A DNA stretch of 64,000 nucleotides. Source: an uncultured Clostridia bacterium. Its GTDB lineage: Bacteria > Bacillota > Clostridia > Christensenellales > UBA1242. The DNA lies in the NCBI GenBank assembly GCA_944383385.1, contig CALWPI010000001.1, forward strand, positions 1-64,000, in the 5' to 3' direction. This document shows positions 49,688 to 59,755 of the stretch, piece by piece; the first letter of the stretch is position 1, and every line of letters starts with the position of its first letter. A model generated the notes under the pieces. It had not been told where the DNA came from. It did not search any database and was given only the letters and a program-made list of their open reading frames with translations. The position numbers were made by a program, and so were the translations under genes.

Positions 49688-50422
49688 ATGAGACACAAAA
49701 TAATAATTGCCAATCACAAAATGAATATGACAGAAGAAAAGTACAAAAAATTTTTTCAAACTCTTTGTGATATGGACATCAAGTCTTCAAATAATAAATG
49801 TATAGTTTTTGTGCCTTATCCATATTTGTTTACTAAACATAAATACAATCCACCATGTCTAATAGGTGCTCAAAATATTAGCAAACACATATCGGGTGCT
49901 CATACAGGCCAAGTAAGTATTGGCATGCTCAAAGATATGGATTGTGATGCGATTTTGTTGGGACATAGAGATGTTCGAAGATGTGGCGATACTGATAGTG
50001 ATATCAATGCAAAAATAAAATTAACAAAAAATAGTGGCATGTTTGTAGTGCTTTGTGTTGGTGAGACCAAAGAACAAAAAAATGCAGGGCAGACATTATC
50101 TGCTATTAGGGAACAATTATCTATTGCTCTTGATGGATTGGATAAGCGAGACAAACTTGTGCACGCTATTGCATATGAGCCAATTTGGACAAACGAAGAA
50201 AAAGTAACACCGACACAAAATGAAATAGAAAAAATGTGTTTGTATATAAAAAGTCTTGTAAAAAAACTGACAGGTCAAGATGTTTATGTGTTGTATGGTG
50301 GCAATATTGATGACAAAAATGCAAAAGAAATATTAGACTTGCCACACGTTGATGGCGTTCTAATTGGTGCAAACAGTCTGGATGCAAAAAAATTAGCGTC
50401 AATAGTAAAGGGAGAATTATGA
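49688..50422 (+). CDS. tpiA: Triosephosphate isomerase
   Basis: IIANHKMN, AYEPIWT and GGNI motifs. Confidence 0.9.
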   Translation: MRHKIIIANHKMNMTEEKYKKFFQTLCDMDIKSSNNKCIVFVPYPYLFTKHKYNPPCLIGAQNISKHISGAHTGQVSIGMLKDMDCDAILLGHRDVRRCGDTDSDINAKIKLTKNSGMFVVLCVGETKEQKNAGQTLSAIREQLSIALDGLDKRDKLVHAIAYEPIWTNEEKVTPTQNEIEKMCLYIKSLVKKLTGQDVYVLYGGNIDDKNAKEILDLPHVDGVLIGANSLDAKKLASIVKGEL

Positions 50423-51933
50423 AGTTTGTAGGACTTATTATTCTTGATGGATTTGGACTGAGAAAATCAAAACGTGGCAATGCAGTAAAAATTGCAAATC
50501 CAAAGAATATAAAAAAATATTTTAAGAATTATAGTTTTACCACACTAAAAGCGAGTGGGGTTAGTGTAGGTTTGCCTGCTGGACAAATTGGCAATAGCGA
50601 AGTAGGCCACTTGAATATTGGTGCAGGTAGAGTTGTGTATCAACCATTGCTGCAAATAAATAAAGACATTGAAAGTGGTGTGTTTCAACAAAACAAAGAA
50701 TTATTAGCTAGCCTACAATATGCAGAACAAAACAAAAAGAGCGTGCATATTATGGGACTGCTTTCTAATGGTGGAGTGCATAGTCACATCAATCATTTGA
50801 TTGCGATTTGTAAAGTCATAAAAAATTATGATGTCAAAGCCTATGTGCATATCATAACTGACGGTCGTGACACATACCGTGACAGTGCAAATCAATACAT
50901 TAAAACATTACTTGAAAATATAGAACACACAAATATATCAATTGCAACCATTTGTGGCAGATATTATGCAATGGATAGAGAAGATAATTATGATAGAGTA
51001 GAACAAGCATACTTGAATATGACAAAACACACAGGACACAAACTAGAAAGCATAGGTCAAATTGAAAATTATCTCAATCAAAGTTATCAAAATGGAACAT
51101 ATGACGAATTTATCGAACCAGCATACATTGACGACAAAAATAATTTATCAAATGGTGATGTTGTCATATTCTATAATTATCGTGAAGACCGAGCAAGAGA
51201 GATAACTCGTGCACTTGTTGAAGATAATTTTGATAAATTTAATAGAGTGGTCAAAGACATATATATGGTATGTATGACACAGTATGATGACAATTTTACA
51301 CACACTCATGTAATGTACGACAAAGTGCATATTGATGACAATTTGAGTAGTGTGATAAGCAAAAATAATTTATCTCAATTCAAAGTTTCAGAAACAACCA
51401 AATATGCACACGTTACATTTTTCCTAAATGGTGGCATTGAAAAACCATATCCAAATGAAGACAGATTTTTGATTGAAACAATCAAGGCAAAGAGTTTTGA
51501 TATGTATCCAAAAATGCGTGTAAAAGAAATTACAGACACAGCCATTGAGAAGATATTGTCACAAAAGTATAGTTTTATGGCATTAAATTATAGTAATTGT
51601 GATATGTTGGGACATACAGGCAATTTAGAAGCCACTGTTGAAGCAATCAAATATATCGATTGTGAACTAGATAGATTAGTCAAGACTATTTTGAGTATTG
51701 GGGGTGTGGCAGTAATATGTGCTGACCATGGCAACTGCGAAGAAATGATTGATAGACATGGTCGCGTTCTTACTGACCACACGACAAACGTTGTACCATT
51801 TTGTATTGTTGATAGCAAAAAATATAAATTGCAAAAAGGAGCACTTTGCAATGTTGCTCCAACTATTCTTGATTTGCTGGGCATTCAAAAACCCGAAACA
51901 TATACAGCACAATCGTTAATAAAACATAGATGA
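50419..51933 (+). CDS. gpmI: 2,3-bisphosphoglycerate-independent phosphoglycerate mutase
   Basis: The N-terminus LIILDGFG and SEVGHLNIGAGR is canonical iPGM. Confidence 0.9.
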   Translation: MKFVGLIILDGFGLRKSKRGNAVKIANPKNIKKYFKNYSFTTLKASGVSVGLPAGQIGNSEVGHLNIGAGRVVYQPLLQINKDIESGVFQQNKELLASLQYAEQNKKSVHIMGLLSNGGVHSHINHLIAICKVIKNYDVKAYVHIITDGRDTYRDSANQYIKTLLENIEHTNISIATICGRYYAMDREDNYDRVEQAYLNMTKHTGHKLESIGQIENYLNQSYQNGTYDEFIEPAYIDDKNNLSNGDVVIFYNYREDRAREITRALVEDNFDKFNRVVKDIYMVCMTQYDDNFTHTHVMYDKVHIDDNLSSVISKNNLSQFKVSETTKYAHVTFFLNGGIEKPYPNEDRFLIETIKAKSFDMYPKMRVKEITDTAIEKILSQKYSFMALNYSNCDMLGHTGNLEATVEAIKYIDCELDRLVKTILSIGGVAVICADHGNCEEMIDRHGRVLTDHTTNVVPFCIVDSKKYKLQKGALCNVAPTILDLLGIQKPETYTAQSLIKHR

Positions 51934-51973
51934 TTTTATAAATTAAATGCAACTGAATGTTTACTATAAAATA

Positions 51974-52002
51974 TTGACTACAAAATAATATTCGTGTAAA
52001 AT
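51974..52002 (+). promoter_or_regulatory. Putative sigma-A promoter TTGACT-17-TAAAAT
   Basis: TTGACT at 51974-51979, a 17-nt spacer, and TAAAAT at 51997-52002, ahead of the small membrane protein gene. Confidence 0.4.
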
Positions 52003-52025
52003 AAAAGAGTAATGAGGATAAAATT

Positions 52026-52247
52026 ATGTTAAGAGAATATTGGGAAAAGTTTTATAACTTCTTTATCAGGGAAGTCTCAACTACGACAAAGGCAATCACG
52101 CTTTGTGTGCTTATTGGACTTTCATTTCTATTCCTTGTGCTTTCGTTTAGAGGCAAGGGAAGTGGTATTGTAAACACTTACATATTCTTCTTTTTATCGA
52201 TAATTTGTGCTGGTCTTGCTGTTGCTTATTCAATTATGACCAATTAG
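52026..52247 (+). CDS. Small two-TM membrane protein (73 aa), unknown
   Basis: GAGGAT RBS, two hydrophobic helices, its own promoter and terminator. Confidence 0.4.
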   Translation: MLREYWEKFYNFFIREVSTTTKAITLCVLIGLSFLFLVLSFRGKGSGIVNTYIFFFLSIICAGLAVAYSIMTN

Positions 52248-52280
52248 CAAATTTTACATGTTTTAAGAGAAAAATGAGAA

Positions 52281-52310
52281 AATTTTGAGTTTGTACTCAA
52301 AATTTTTTTA
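52281..52310 (+). terminator. Rho-independent terminator
   Basis: ttttgagt ttgt actcaaaa hairpin followed by T7. Confidence 0.65.
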
Positions 52311-52368
52311 GACATTTGTTTGATATATATAAAAAATATGATATACTTATTGAAGTATTGGAGGAGAT

Positions 52369-52686
52369 ATGAACCTATTTAGTATGTTAAATGCTGATAA
52401 ACCAGTTGCAGAATGGGTTAGCACAGCTATACCTATTATTCAAACAATATTTCTTATATTGATTGTTTTATTTTCAATAGCAATTATTGTGTCCGTTTTG
52501 TTTTCGCCAAGCGATATGGATAACGGAAATGCAATAACAGGTTATAACGATAGTTTTTATAGTCATAACAAAGGTTTTACCCGTGAAGGAAGATTGAAAA
52601 GAGTAATTATAGTATCTGCTATTTGCATTTTGGTATTATCATTATTGTATTTCTTATCGTTCTTTATTTACAAGGGTGCATTATAA
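52369..52686 (+). CDS. secG: Probable preprotein translocase subunit SecG (long form, 105 aa)
   Basis: Two TM helices with a Gly/Asn-rich loop. The conserved Firmicutes synteny secG-rnr-smpB-ssrA supports it. The call rests on context, and sequence similarity is modest. Confidence 0.5.
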   Translation: MNLFSMLNADKPVAEWVSTAIPIIQTIFLILIVLFSIAIIVSVLFSPSDMDNGNAITGYNDSFYSHNKGFTREGRLKRVIIVSAICILVLSLLYFLSFFIYKGAL

Positions 52687-52691
52687 GAATA

Positions 52692-52719
52692 TGATGGCTC
52701 ATCACGAGCCATTTTTTGA
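52692..52719 (+). terminator. Rho-independent terminator / attenuator before rnr
   Basis: atggctc atcac gagccat hairpin followed by T6, ending 14 nt before the rnr ATG. Confidence 0.55.
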
Positions 52720-52732
52720 TTTTTGAGGTAAT

Positions 52733-54946
52733 ATGGAAAAGAAAATTTTAGAACAAATAAAAATAAACAAATTAGACCAATTAGAATATGGATTTATGAT
52801 AGCGCAACTTTGCGTTCTCAATAATGAACCATATGAGCAAATGAGTGCAGTTGTTAAAAAATTAGTTGATAGTGGCAAACTAAAATTAAAGAGTAAACAA
52901 AAGACACAAACGGATAAAATTGACAAAGCTACTGTTCGCGAGGCTAGACGTCAAAAAAATAGTAGTGATGATGAGTTGGTTGAACAAGCCATGAAAATGC
53001 TATATCCTGACCCAAGGAATAAGAAAAAATTGAGTACCAGAGTGGTAGGCAAAATTAGTGCAACATCTCATGACTATGCATTTTTGGTGCCAAATGATAT
53101 AACTATGGAAGATGTCTTTATCGGTGCGCGTGATTTGCACGGAGCAATGAATAATGATATTGTTGAGGCCGAAGTCGAATATCGTAGCAGTGGTAAGTCG
53201 CACGGTCGTGTGCTAAAAATCATTGAAAGGGCCAATATAAAGGTTGTAGGACAAATCAAATTGACAAGAAAAGGAGCCATTGTCGAACCTGATGATGTCA
53301 AATTTGGTAAAGATATTCATGTTGCGCTCAAAGATACAATGGGGGCAAATGATGGGGACAAAGTTGTTTGTCACATTACCCAATTTTTCGAAGGTAAAAG
53401 GAGTCCAATTGGCAAAGTAACCGAAGTCCTTGGCAAACCAAGTGAGATTGGTACAGAAGTGCTTGCTATTATGAGGAGTTATAATCTCTATGATGATTTT
53501 CCTAAAAATGTAAAAGAAGTTGCTGAAAGCATGCCTCAAATGGTTGATAAGACAAAATATAAAAATAGAAAAGATTTGACAAGACAACTCATATTTACTA
53601 TCGACGGAGAAGATACAAGAGATATTGATGATGCTGTATCACTAACAAAAAATAAAAATGGCACATACACTCTTGGCGTTCATATTGCTGACGTAGGAGA
53701 ATATGTCAAACAAAATAGTATAATTGATAACGAAGCATTCAAACGTGCAACATCTGTTTATTTTCCTGACCGAGTTTTGCCAATGCTACCAAGAGAGTTG
53801 AGTAATGGTATTTGTTCGTTAAATGAGAGGGAAGATAGACTGGCTCTTTCATGTGTTATGGATATTGACAGCAAAGGCATTGTCAAAAAATATGATATAT
53901 TTGAGAGCATTATAAATAGCAAAAAAAGATTCACTTATACGCAAGTGCAAGGCATTTTGGACGGAGATGCAAAATTGTGCCAAGAATTTGCGCAATTTAG
54001 ACAAACATTGCTTGATATGAATGAATTATCACATATCTTGATAAAAATGCGTGAAAATCGTGGAGCAATTGACTTTAATTTTCCAGAAGTAGCAATTACC
54101 TTAAATGATTTAGGAGACGTATTAGAAGTAAAAGAAAAAGAAAGAAAAGATGCACATAGACTCATTGAATCATTTATGATAGCTGCAAACGAATGCATAG
54201 CAGAACACTTCTTGAAAGCAAAAGTGCCATTTGTATATCGTATTCACGAGACACCAAGTGAAGAAAAAATGAGCAGTTTCTTAAATTTAGTTACTAATTT
54301 TGGCATTGAAACAAAGGCAAATCCAGCCAAAGTAAAACCTATTGAACTACAAAAAATTCTCAAAAAGGCAAGCACACTAGATGCAAAAGATATGATAAGT
54401 CAAATTTGTTTGCGCAGTTTGAGAAAGGCAAAATACAGTCAAGAGTGTCTAGGTCACTTTGGACTTGCAAGTACATATTATTGTCATTTCACTTCTCCAA
54501 TTAGAAGATATCCTGACCTTACTATTCATAGAATAATAAAAGATGTTTTGCATGGTGACATGAAAGGACAAAAATTGTCTAATACCAAAAACTTTGTAAT
54601 TGTCAGTTCTGCACAATCGTCAGAAAGGGAAGTGCTGGCAGAAAATGTAGAACGTGACGTAGATGATTTATACAGAGTGTTCTATATGTCTCACCATATT
54701 GGCGAAGAGTTTACGGGCAAAGTGTCAGGAGTGACCAACTTTGGTGTATTTGTCGAACTTGACAACACTTGTGAAGGGCTTGTGAGTATGGAAGACTTGC
54801 CAAAAGACAATTATGAATATAGAGACGACAAGTATGCGCTTGTTGGCAAAAATAATACTTATTATATTGGCAAACCAGTCAAAGTAAAAGTCATAAGAGC
54901 CGACATATTGTCACGTGAAATTGATATGATTTTAGTTCAAGAATAA
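52733..54946 (+). CDS. rnr: Ribonuclease R
   Basis: RNB catalytic domain (FTIDGEDTRDIDDAVSL) and a C-terminal S1 domain, with position before smpB. Confidence 0.9.
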   Translation: MEKKILEQIKINKLDQLEYGFMIAQLCVLNNEPYEQMSAVVKKLVDSGKLKLKSKQKTQTDKIDKATVREARRQKNSSDDELVEQAMKMLYPDPRNKKKLSTRVVGKISATSHDYAFLVPNDITMEDVFIGARDLHGAMNNDIVEAEVEYRSSGKSHGRVLKIIERANIKVVGQIKLTRKGAIVEPDDVKFGKDIHVALKDTMGANDGDKVVCHITQFFEGKRSPIGKVTEVLGKPSEIGTEVLAIMRSYNLYDDFPKNVKEVAESMPQMVDKTKYKNRKDLTRQLIFTIDGEDTRDIDDAVSLTKNKNGTYTLGVHIADVGEYVKQNSIIDNEAFKRATSVYFPDRVLPMLPRELSNGICSLNEREDRLALSCVMDIDSKGIVKKYDIFESIINSKKRFTYTQVQGILDGDAKLCQEFAQFRQTLLDMNELSHILIKMRENRGAIDFNFPEVAITLNDLGDVLEVKEKERKDAHRLIESFMIAANECIAEHFLKAKVPFVYRIHETPSEEKMSSFLNLVTNFGIETKANPAKVKPIELQKILKKASTLDAKDMISQICLRSLRKAKYSQECLGHFGLASTYYCHFTSPIRRYPDLTIHRIIKDVLHGDMKGQKLSNTKNFVIVSSAQSSEREVLAENVERDVDDLYRVFYMSHHIGEEFTGKVSGVTNFGVFVELDNTCEGLVSMEDLPKDNYEYRDDKYALVGKNNTYYIGKPVKVKVIRADILSREIDMILVQE

Positions 54947-54986
54947 TAAAAATTACCTAAAAATAAGAAAAATATAAGTTTACTAT

Positions 54987-55013
54987 TGAAAAAAAATAAA
55001 AATGTGTTATAAT
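54987..55013 (+). promoter_or_regulatory. Putative extended -10 promoter for smpB-ssrA (TTGAAA-15-TGtTATAAT)
   Basis: TTGAAA at 54987-54992 and TGtTATAAT at 55005-55013. Confidence 0.35.
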
Positions 55014-55025
55014 AGGAGTGTGGCA

Positions 55026-55475
55026 ATGAAAGTGATTGCAACGAACAAAAAAGCATATTTTGACTATTTTGTCATTAAGTCCTACCTTTGTGGCATAAAA
55101 CTGGCAGGTAGTGAGGTAAAAAGCATTCGAAAGGGTGATTGTAACCTCAAAGACAGTTTTGTCGTAATTGATAGGAAGGGCGAAGTGTACGTCAAAAATA
55201 TGTACATCAAGCCATATGAAAAATCGACATCTTATGCTTGTGACCCACGTGCAAGTCGAAAATTATTGCTACATCGTAGCGAAATTGACAAACTAAACTC
55301 ACAGGTCAAAGAGAAGGGATTGACTATTGTGCCATTACAACTTGGCATGGAAGGAAATCTTGTAAAGTTGGAGATAGGGCTTGTTAGAGGAAAGCATACT
55401 TTTGACAAAAAAAGAGTGCTTGCCGAAAAGGACCAAAATAGAGACTTGGAAAGACAACTTAAATTTGTTCGCTAA
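55026..55475 (+). CDS. smpB: SsrA-binding protein SmpB
   Basis: RBS AGGAGTG before the ATG at 55026. MKVIATNKKAYFDYFV is a canonical SmpB start. The track ORF start at 55002 is upstream of the RBS. Confidence 0.9.
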   Translation: MKVIATNKKAYFDYFVIKSYLCGIKLAGSEVKSIRKGDCNLKDSFVVIDRKGEVYVKNMYIKPYEKSTSYACDPRASRKLLLHRSEIDKLNSQVKEKGLTIVPLQLGMEGNLVKLEIGLVRGKHTFDKKRVLAEKDQNRDLERQLKFVR

Positions 55476-55484
55476 CACATTTTG

Positions 55485-55836
55485 TGGGGGCGACTGGTTT
55501 CGACGGGTCAAGATAGTTTGGTTTAGCACGAGGTAGGCTCGACTACCATAAAACGGAAATTAAATTTAATTGCAGATTACAATTCTGTACCAGTTGCTGC
55601 TTAATTTAGCGTAATGCAACTTGTCTACATTCTGGACCGACGACAGATTGTGGGCATTAGTTAGTCGGCACCTGTTGTGTATGATTTCTATAATATGCAA
55701 TGGATTTTATAGGACGAATATGTGTGAGTTTGTATGCACTGCAACATATATTTGAAAAATAAGTGTGTACTAATCGTGTAGAAGGACTGAGTGATTCTTT
55801 TCTCGGACGCGGGTTCAATTCCCGCCGCTTCCACCA
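55485..55836 (+). ncRNA. ssrA: tmRNA (SsrA), ~352 nt; predicted tag reading frame ...ADYNSVPVAA-TAA
   Basis: The 5' end GGGGGCGACTGGTTTCGACGGG and the 3' tRNA-like end GGACGCGGGTTCAATTCCCGCCGCTTCCACCA. The tag ORF runs ...GCA GAT TAC AAT TCT GTA CCA GTT GCT GCT TAA (55572-55604). Confidence 0.85.
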
Positions 55837-55878
55837 ATTAATTAAACGTGGAAATATTATCAAATCTAGGGGGATGGT

Positions 55879-57087
55879 ATGGAAATATTTTTAGATATTC
55901 TTGGAGTATTGGCAATTGTTGGTATAGGTAGTTTGGTTGTTATATTGATTGCTGAGTTTTTGATTTCATTATTCGATAAACACCAAGGCGTTTTCTTCAA
56001 TCGTGCAAAGAAAGAAAAAAAAGTTGTTGAAGAAGTGCCAAATGATAATGTGAATATGGCAACAACATCAGCATACATACCTTATACTTATGAAGAACCA
56101 AAGGCAGAAGTCGTTGACACAACTGTTAACGAACAAAAAGCAAAAGAAGAGGAAAAACTTCTCGCTGAACAGGACGATTTTGATGAGGATGAGGACGAAG
56201 AAGACCCAGAGTTTTTGGCACTTATGGACAGCATCCATAGTGAAGCACTCGCTCAAAAGACAGAGGAGCCAGTCAAAGTAGAACCTGTTGTTGAAGAAAA
56301 GGTTGAAGAAAAAGTAGAGCCAATTGAGCCAAAGGTCATTGTTGTAAAACAAGAAGTGAGAAAAGATGACAGTGCCGAAGTCAAAAGATTACGTGAATTG
56401 CGCACATCTATTCTAACCAAGAAAAAAGCATCACAAGACCTTGAAAAAGCAAATAACGAAGAACTTGCAAAGAGAATGCAAGAACTAAACGAACTCAAAG
56501 CATATAAGATTCAATCTCGACAAAATATTATTAAACTCAAAGCTGAAACACTAGAAGAAATCCAAAAACAACAAGACGAAAATGATGAATTGCGTAAAGA
56601 AGTTGCAAAACTCAAAAAACAAACTTCATCAAAACCTTATTTTACACGCGAATATTACGAAGAAAAGAAAGTAAAAATCGAAGCAGATATTGCCGAAGCA
56701 GAAAAAGAACTCAAAGTAAATAAGAGAGAATATTTGCCATTAAAGAGAGTGCAAAGAGCATACGAAAGAGATAGTGAAAAACTACGCAAAAAAGAGATTT
56801 CTGTTGCAAAACAAAAAATCAGTTTGTATGGTGTAGGTTCTGCAAAAGCAGTTGATGCCGAAAAGAAACAAAAACTTGATGATGAAGTCAAATTGTTGAA
56901 CGAATTGAAAGACAGTGTATTTAGTTGTGAACAAGTATTGAAAACAAATAAAGATAGACTATCAGCACTTGAAAAGACAAACAAAGTCTTGACAAGACAA
57001 CTAGACAAACTCAACGCAGACTATACATCAGTCAAAGAAGCAATTGCTTGGTATGACAAAAACGCTTCTGGTAATGATAAGAAATAA
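55879..57087 (+). CDS. Membrane-anchored acidic coiled-coil protein (402 aa), unknown
   Basis: GGGGGA RBS. The N-terminal TM segment is ILGVLAIVGIGSLVVILIAEFLISLF, followed by a D/E-rich linker and then K/E heptad-rich sequence. Confidence 0.55.
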   Translation: MEIFLDILGVLAIVGIGSLVVILIAEFLISLFDKHQGVFFNRAKKEKKVVEEVPNDNVNMATTSAYIPYTYEEPKAEVVDTTVNEQKAKEEEKLLAEQDDFDEDEDEEDPEFLALMDSIHSEALAQKTEEPVKVEPVVEEKVEEKVEPIEPKVIVVKQEVRKDDSAEVKRLRELRTSILTKKKASQDLEKANNEELAKRMQELNELKAYKIQSRQNIIKLKAETLEEIQKQQDENDELRKEVAKLKKQTSSKPYFTREYYEEKKVKIEADIAEAEKELKVNKREYLPLKRVQRAYERDSEKLRKKEISVAKQKISLYGVGSAKAVDAEKKQKLDDEVKLLNELKDSVFSCEQVLKTNKDRLSALEKTNKVLTRQLDKLNADYTSVKEAIAWYDKNASGNDKK

Positions 57088-57089
57088 TA

Positions 57090-57118
57090 AAAAAGCAAGA
57101 AATTTTCTTGCTTTTTTT
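57090..57118 (+). terminator. Rho-independent terminator
   Basis: agcaaga aatt tcttgct hairpin followed by T7. Confidence 0.7.
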
Positions 57119-57302
57119 GTGTTGATTTACAAAACGTGTTATATTATCATATAAATATTGTATAATAAATAAGAAGAAAACAATAATATTTAGGTTTATA
57201 ATATCGCCTAGAACAGCAATTATTGTGTATAATTATTACGTATAACAATGATTATCTCTATGGTGATTTTGATATATATTTTGTTTGAAATTTGAGGTGA
57301 CA

Positions 57303-58094
57303 ATGAGTTTTTTTAGAAAAAAGAAATTGAAAATAGGACTTGCATTTTCCGGTGGTGGAGCAAGGGGAGTAGCCTATATTGGTGTTATAAAAGCCTTAAA
57401 AGAATGTAATGTCAAAATTGATTTTGTTGCTGGTACTTCTGCGGGGGCATTGGGTGCAGTTCTTTTTGCAAGCGATATGGACATTAATGAATTGGAGAAG
57501 AAAGCAATAGAATTAAATACAAAAGACATTAGGGCAAGCAAAATACCTTTTTTGCCAACATCAACAGACAAATTGCAAGCACTTATCAAAGAAACAATTA
57601 GATACAAAAATCTAGAAGATTTGCCTATACCTTGCTGTGTAGTTGCATGTGATATGATAAAAGCAGAAGAAGTCGATTTTACAAAAGGCGATATATCAAA
57701 AGTAGTTGCTGGGTCATGTTGTGCGCCAGGATTTTTTACACCTGTTGAATATAAAGATTATCATTTGATGGATGGTGGACTTATTAACAACATTCCTGCA
57801 AATATTTGTCGTCAACATGGTTGTGATATTGTGATTGCTGTTGATGCAAATAGCACTCGTGGATATGGCACAGAAAGTTTGAAAACAATCGATTGCTTGC
57901 TTGCAGCAATGCGCATACTTATGAAAAACAATAGTGTGTCTGGATATGAAAATGCTGACATTGTCATTCAACCAAATCTAAAACAGTACAAGATAACAAA
58001 GCTTGAAAACACGCAGTCAGTTATTGATGAAGGATATAGAGCTACAATGCTCAAAATGATGGAAATTGAGAAATTAATTGCCAATAAAAAGTGA
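57303..58094 (+). CDS. Patatin-like phospholipase (YlbK/RssA-like)
   Basis: GAGGTG RBS then ATG at 57303. The oxyanion motif is GLAFSGGGARG, the nucleophile motif GTSAGAL, and the catalytic Asp lies in DGG. Confidence 0.8.
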   Translation: MSFFRKKKLKIGLAFSGGGARGVAYIGVIKALKECNVKIDFVAGTSAGALGAVLFASDMDINELEKKAIELNTKDIRASKIPFLPTSTDKLQALIKETIRYKNLEDLPIPCCVVACDMIKAEEVDFTKGDISKVVAGSCCAPGFFTPVEYKDYHLMDGGLINNIPANICRQHGCDIVIAVDANSTRGYGTESLKTIDCLLAAMRILMKNNSVSGYENADIVIQPNLKQYKITKLENTQSVIDEGYRATMLKMMEIEKLIANKK

Positions 58095-58222
58095 TTTTAG
58101 TCACAAAATATTGTAGTAAATACATAAAAGTATTTACAACACTAGTTTATTTTGATATAATTATCATTGTAATAAATGATGTGCAAATTGCACATACTAT
58201 ATATTTTTTAGGAGTATTTATT

Positions 58223-59596
58223 TTGAACCCGCTTTTATGTATGTTAGGAGCTTCTAACATAACAATTGATATCGTATTGATATTAAGTATTATTGTTTTA
58301 TTGCTGTTATCAGCATTTTTTTCGTCTTGTGAGACAGCGTTTAGTACGTTAAACATGTTGAGACTAAAATCATATGTGGATAATGGAGTAAAGAGTGCAA
58401 AACGTACCGTGTACATAGTAGAAAATTTTGATAAGGCACTTGTTACTATTTTGGTTGGTAATAACCTTGTTAATATCGCAAGTACGACAATTTGTGCATA
58501 CTTGTTTGCAAACTGGATACTAAATCCAACAGTTGCAAATGTGACGAACACTGTTGTTATGACAATTATCGTTTTGACTTTTGGAGAGATTTTGCCAAAA
58601 TGTCTTGCTAAACAAAATCCTGAAAAATTGGCTATGCGTTTTTCTGGCATTATGAGATTCTTTATGAGAGTGTTGTTTCCTGTTTCTTGGGTGTTTTATA
58701 ATGTACAAAAAATACTTACAAGAAGGGTAAAGGCTGACGATTCTCCAACAGTTACTGAGGACGAACTTGAAAATATCATTGACACAATGGAAGAAGAGGG
58801 CGTTATCGAAAAAGATGATGCAGACATGATGCAAGGAGTGCTTGATATTCAAGATAAGACATCTTACGACATTATGACTCCACGTGTTGATATGGTTGGT
58901 GCAAAGTGTGATAATAGTAAACAAAATATTGAACACATAAAAGATATATTCTTGCAATCACAATACAGTCGTATTCCTTTGTATGAGACGGATAAAGACC
59001 ACGTCATTGGCATTTTGAACCAAAAAGACTTCTTTGGGGCATTATTAAAAGGTGAAAATATCGATTTGACCAAAATGATGTCACAGCCAGTCTATGTCAG
59101 TGAACAATTGAAAGTTGACGACCTTATTAGACGTATGCAACAAGAAAAACAACATATGGCAATTGTTGTCGACGAACATGGTGGAACAAGTGGATTAGTT
59201 TCATTAGAAGATGCAATAGAAGAAATGGTTGGTGAAATATATGACGAACATGATGATTCTACCGACCAAAAGATAATGATATCTCAAATAGATGAAAACC
59301 ATTATGAAGTTGATGGCGAAATGGGTCTTAAAGATTTGTTTGACTATTTGGGAATTGAACATGTACCAAATACTGATTACAATTCTGTGGCTGGATTTTT
59401 ATATGAATTGTCGGAAAACTTACCACAACTCAATAAAGAATTGTCCATTCAAACAATTGATGATGTTATGCAACCAGATGGGACTTTTGTAGAAAAGAGA
59501 GTCGACTTGACCTTCAAGTTAATAGACTTGAAAGGAAAAAGAATAAAGAAAGCATTATTGACTGTTAATAGAGAACCAAATAATGAAGAAAATTAA
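58223..59596 (+). CDS. CNNM/CorC-family transporter (DUF21 TM domain + CBS pair + CorC_HlyC domain; 'hemolysin'-annotated family)
   Basis: TTG at 58223 follows AGGAG, and ATG at 58241 is an alternative start. It has N-terminal TM helices, CBS motifs and a C-terminal transporter-associated domain. Confidence 0.7.
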   Translation: MNPLLCMLGASNITIDIVLILSIIVLLLLSAFFSSCETAFSTLNMLRLKSYVDNGVKSAKRTVYIVENFDKALVTILVGNNLVNIASTTICAYLFANWILNPTVANVTNTVVMTIIVLTFGEILPKCLAKQNPEKLAMRFSGIMRFFMRVLFPVSWVFYNVQKILTRRVKADDSPTVTEDELENIIDTMEEEGVIEKDDADMMQGVLDIQDKTSYDIMTPRVDMVGAKCDNSKQNIEHIKDIFLQSQYSRIPLYETDKDHVIGILNQKDFFGALLKGENIDLTKMMSQPVYVSEQLKVDDLIRRMQQEKQHMAIVVDEHGGTSGLVSLEDAIEEMVGEIYDEHDDSTDQKIMISQIDENHYEVDGEMGLKDLFDYLGIEHVPNTDYNSVAGFLYELSENLPQLNKELSIQTIDDVMQPDGTFVEKRVDLTFKLIDLKGKRIKKALLTVNREPNNEEN

Positions 59597-59627
59597 AAGA
59601 TGTATATAAGTACATCTTTTTTTATTT
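59597..59627 (+). terminator. Rho-independent terminator
   Basis: agatgta tataag tacatct hairpin followed by T9. Confidence 0.65.
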
Positions 59628-59755
59628 TATAAAAAAATTTGTTCACAATTATTTATTTTTTGATTTAGATGTGATATAATAAGCCGTTGTTTGTTTTCAA
59701 ACAATCATTTTTTTCGTGTAAATTTCGTGATAATCAAAATATTTTGGAGAAGGTT

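Noticed and set aside
55657-55863. 68-aa ORF on the minus strand
   Set aside because: It lies entirely antisense within the ssrA (tmRNA) gene, so it is a spurious ORF.
55837-57300. Possible genomic island at the ssrA 3' end
   Set aside because: No integrase, no recognisable repeat of the tmRNA 3' end, and no compositional shift were visible by eye. It is kept only as a low-interest finding.
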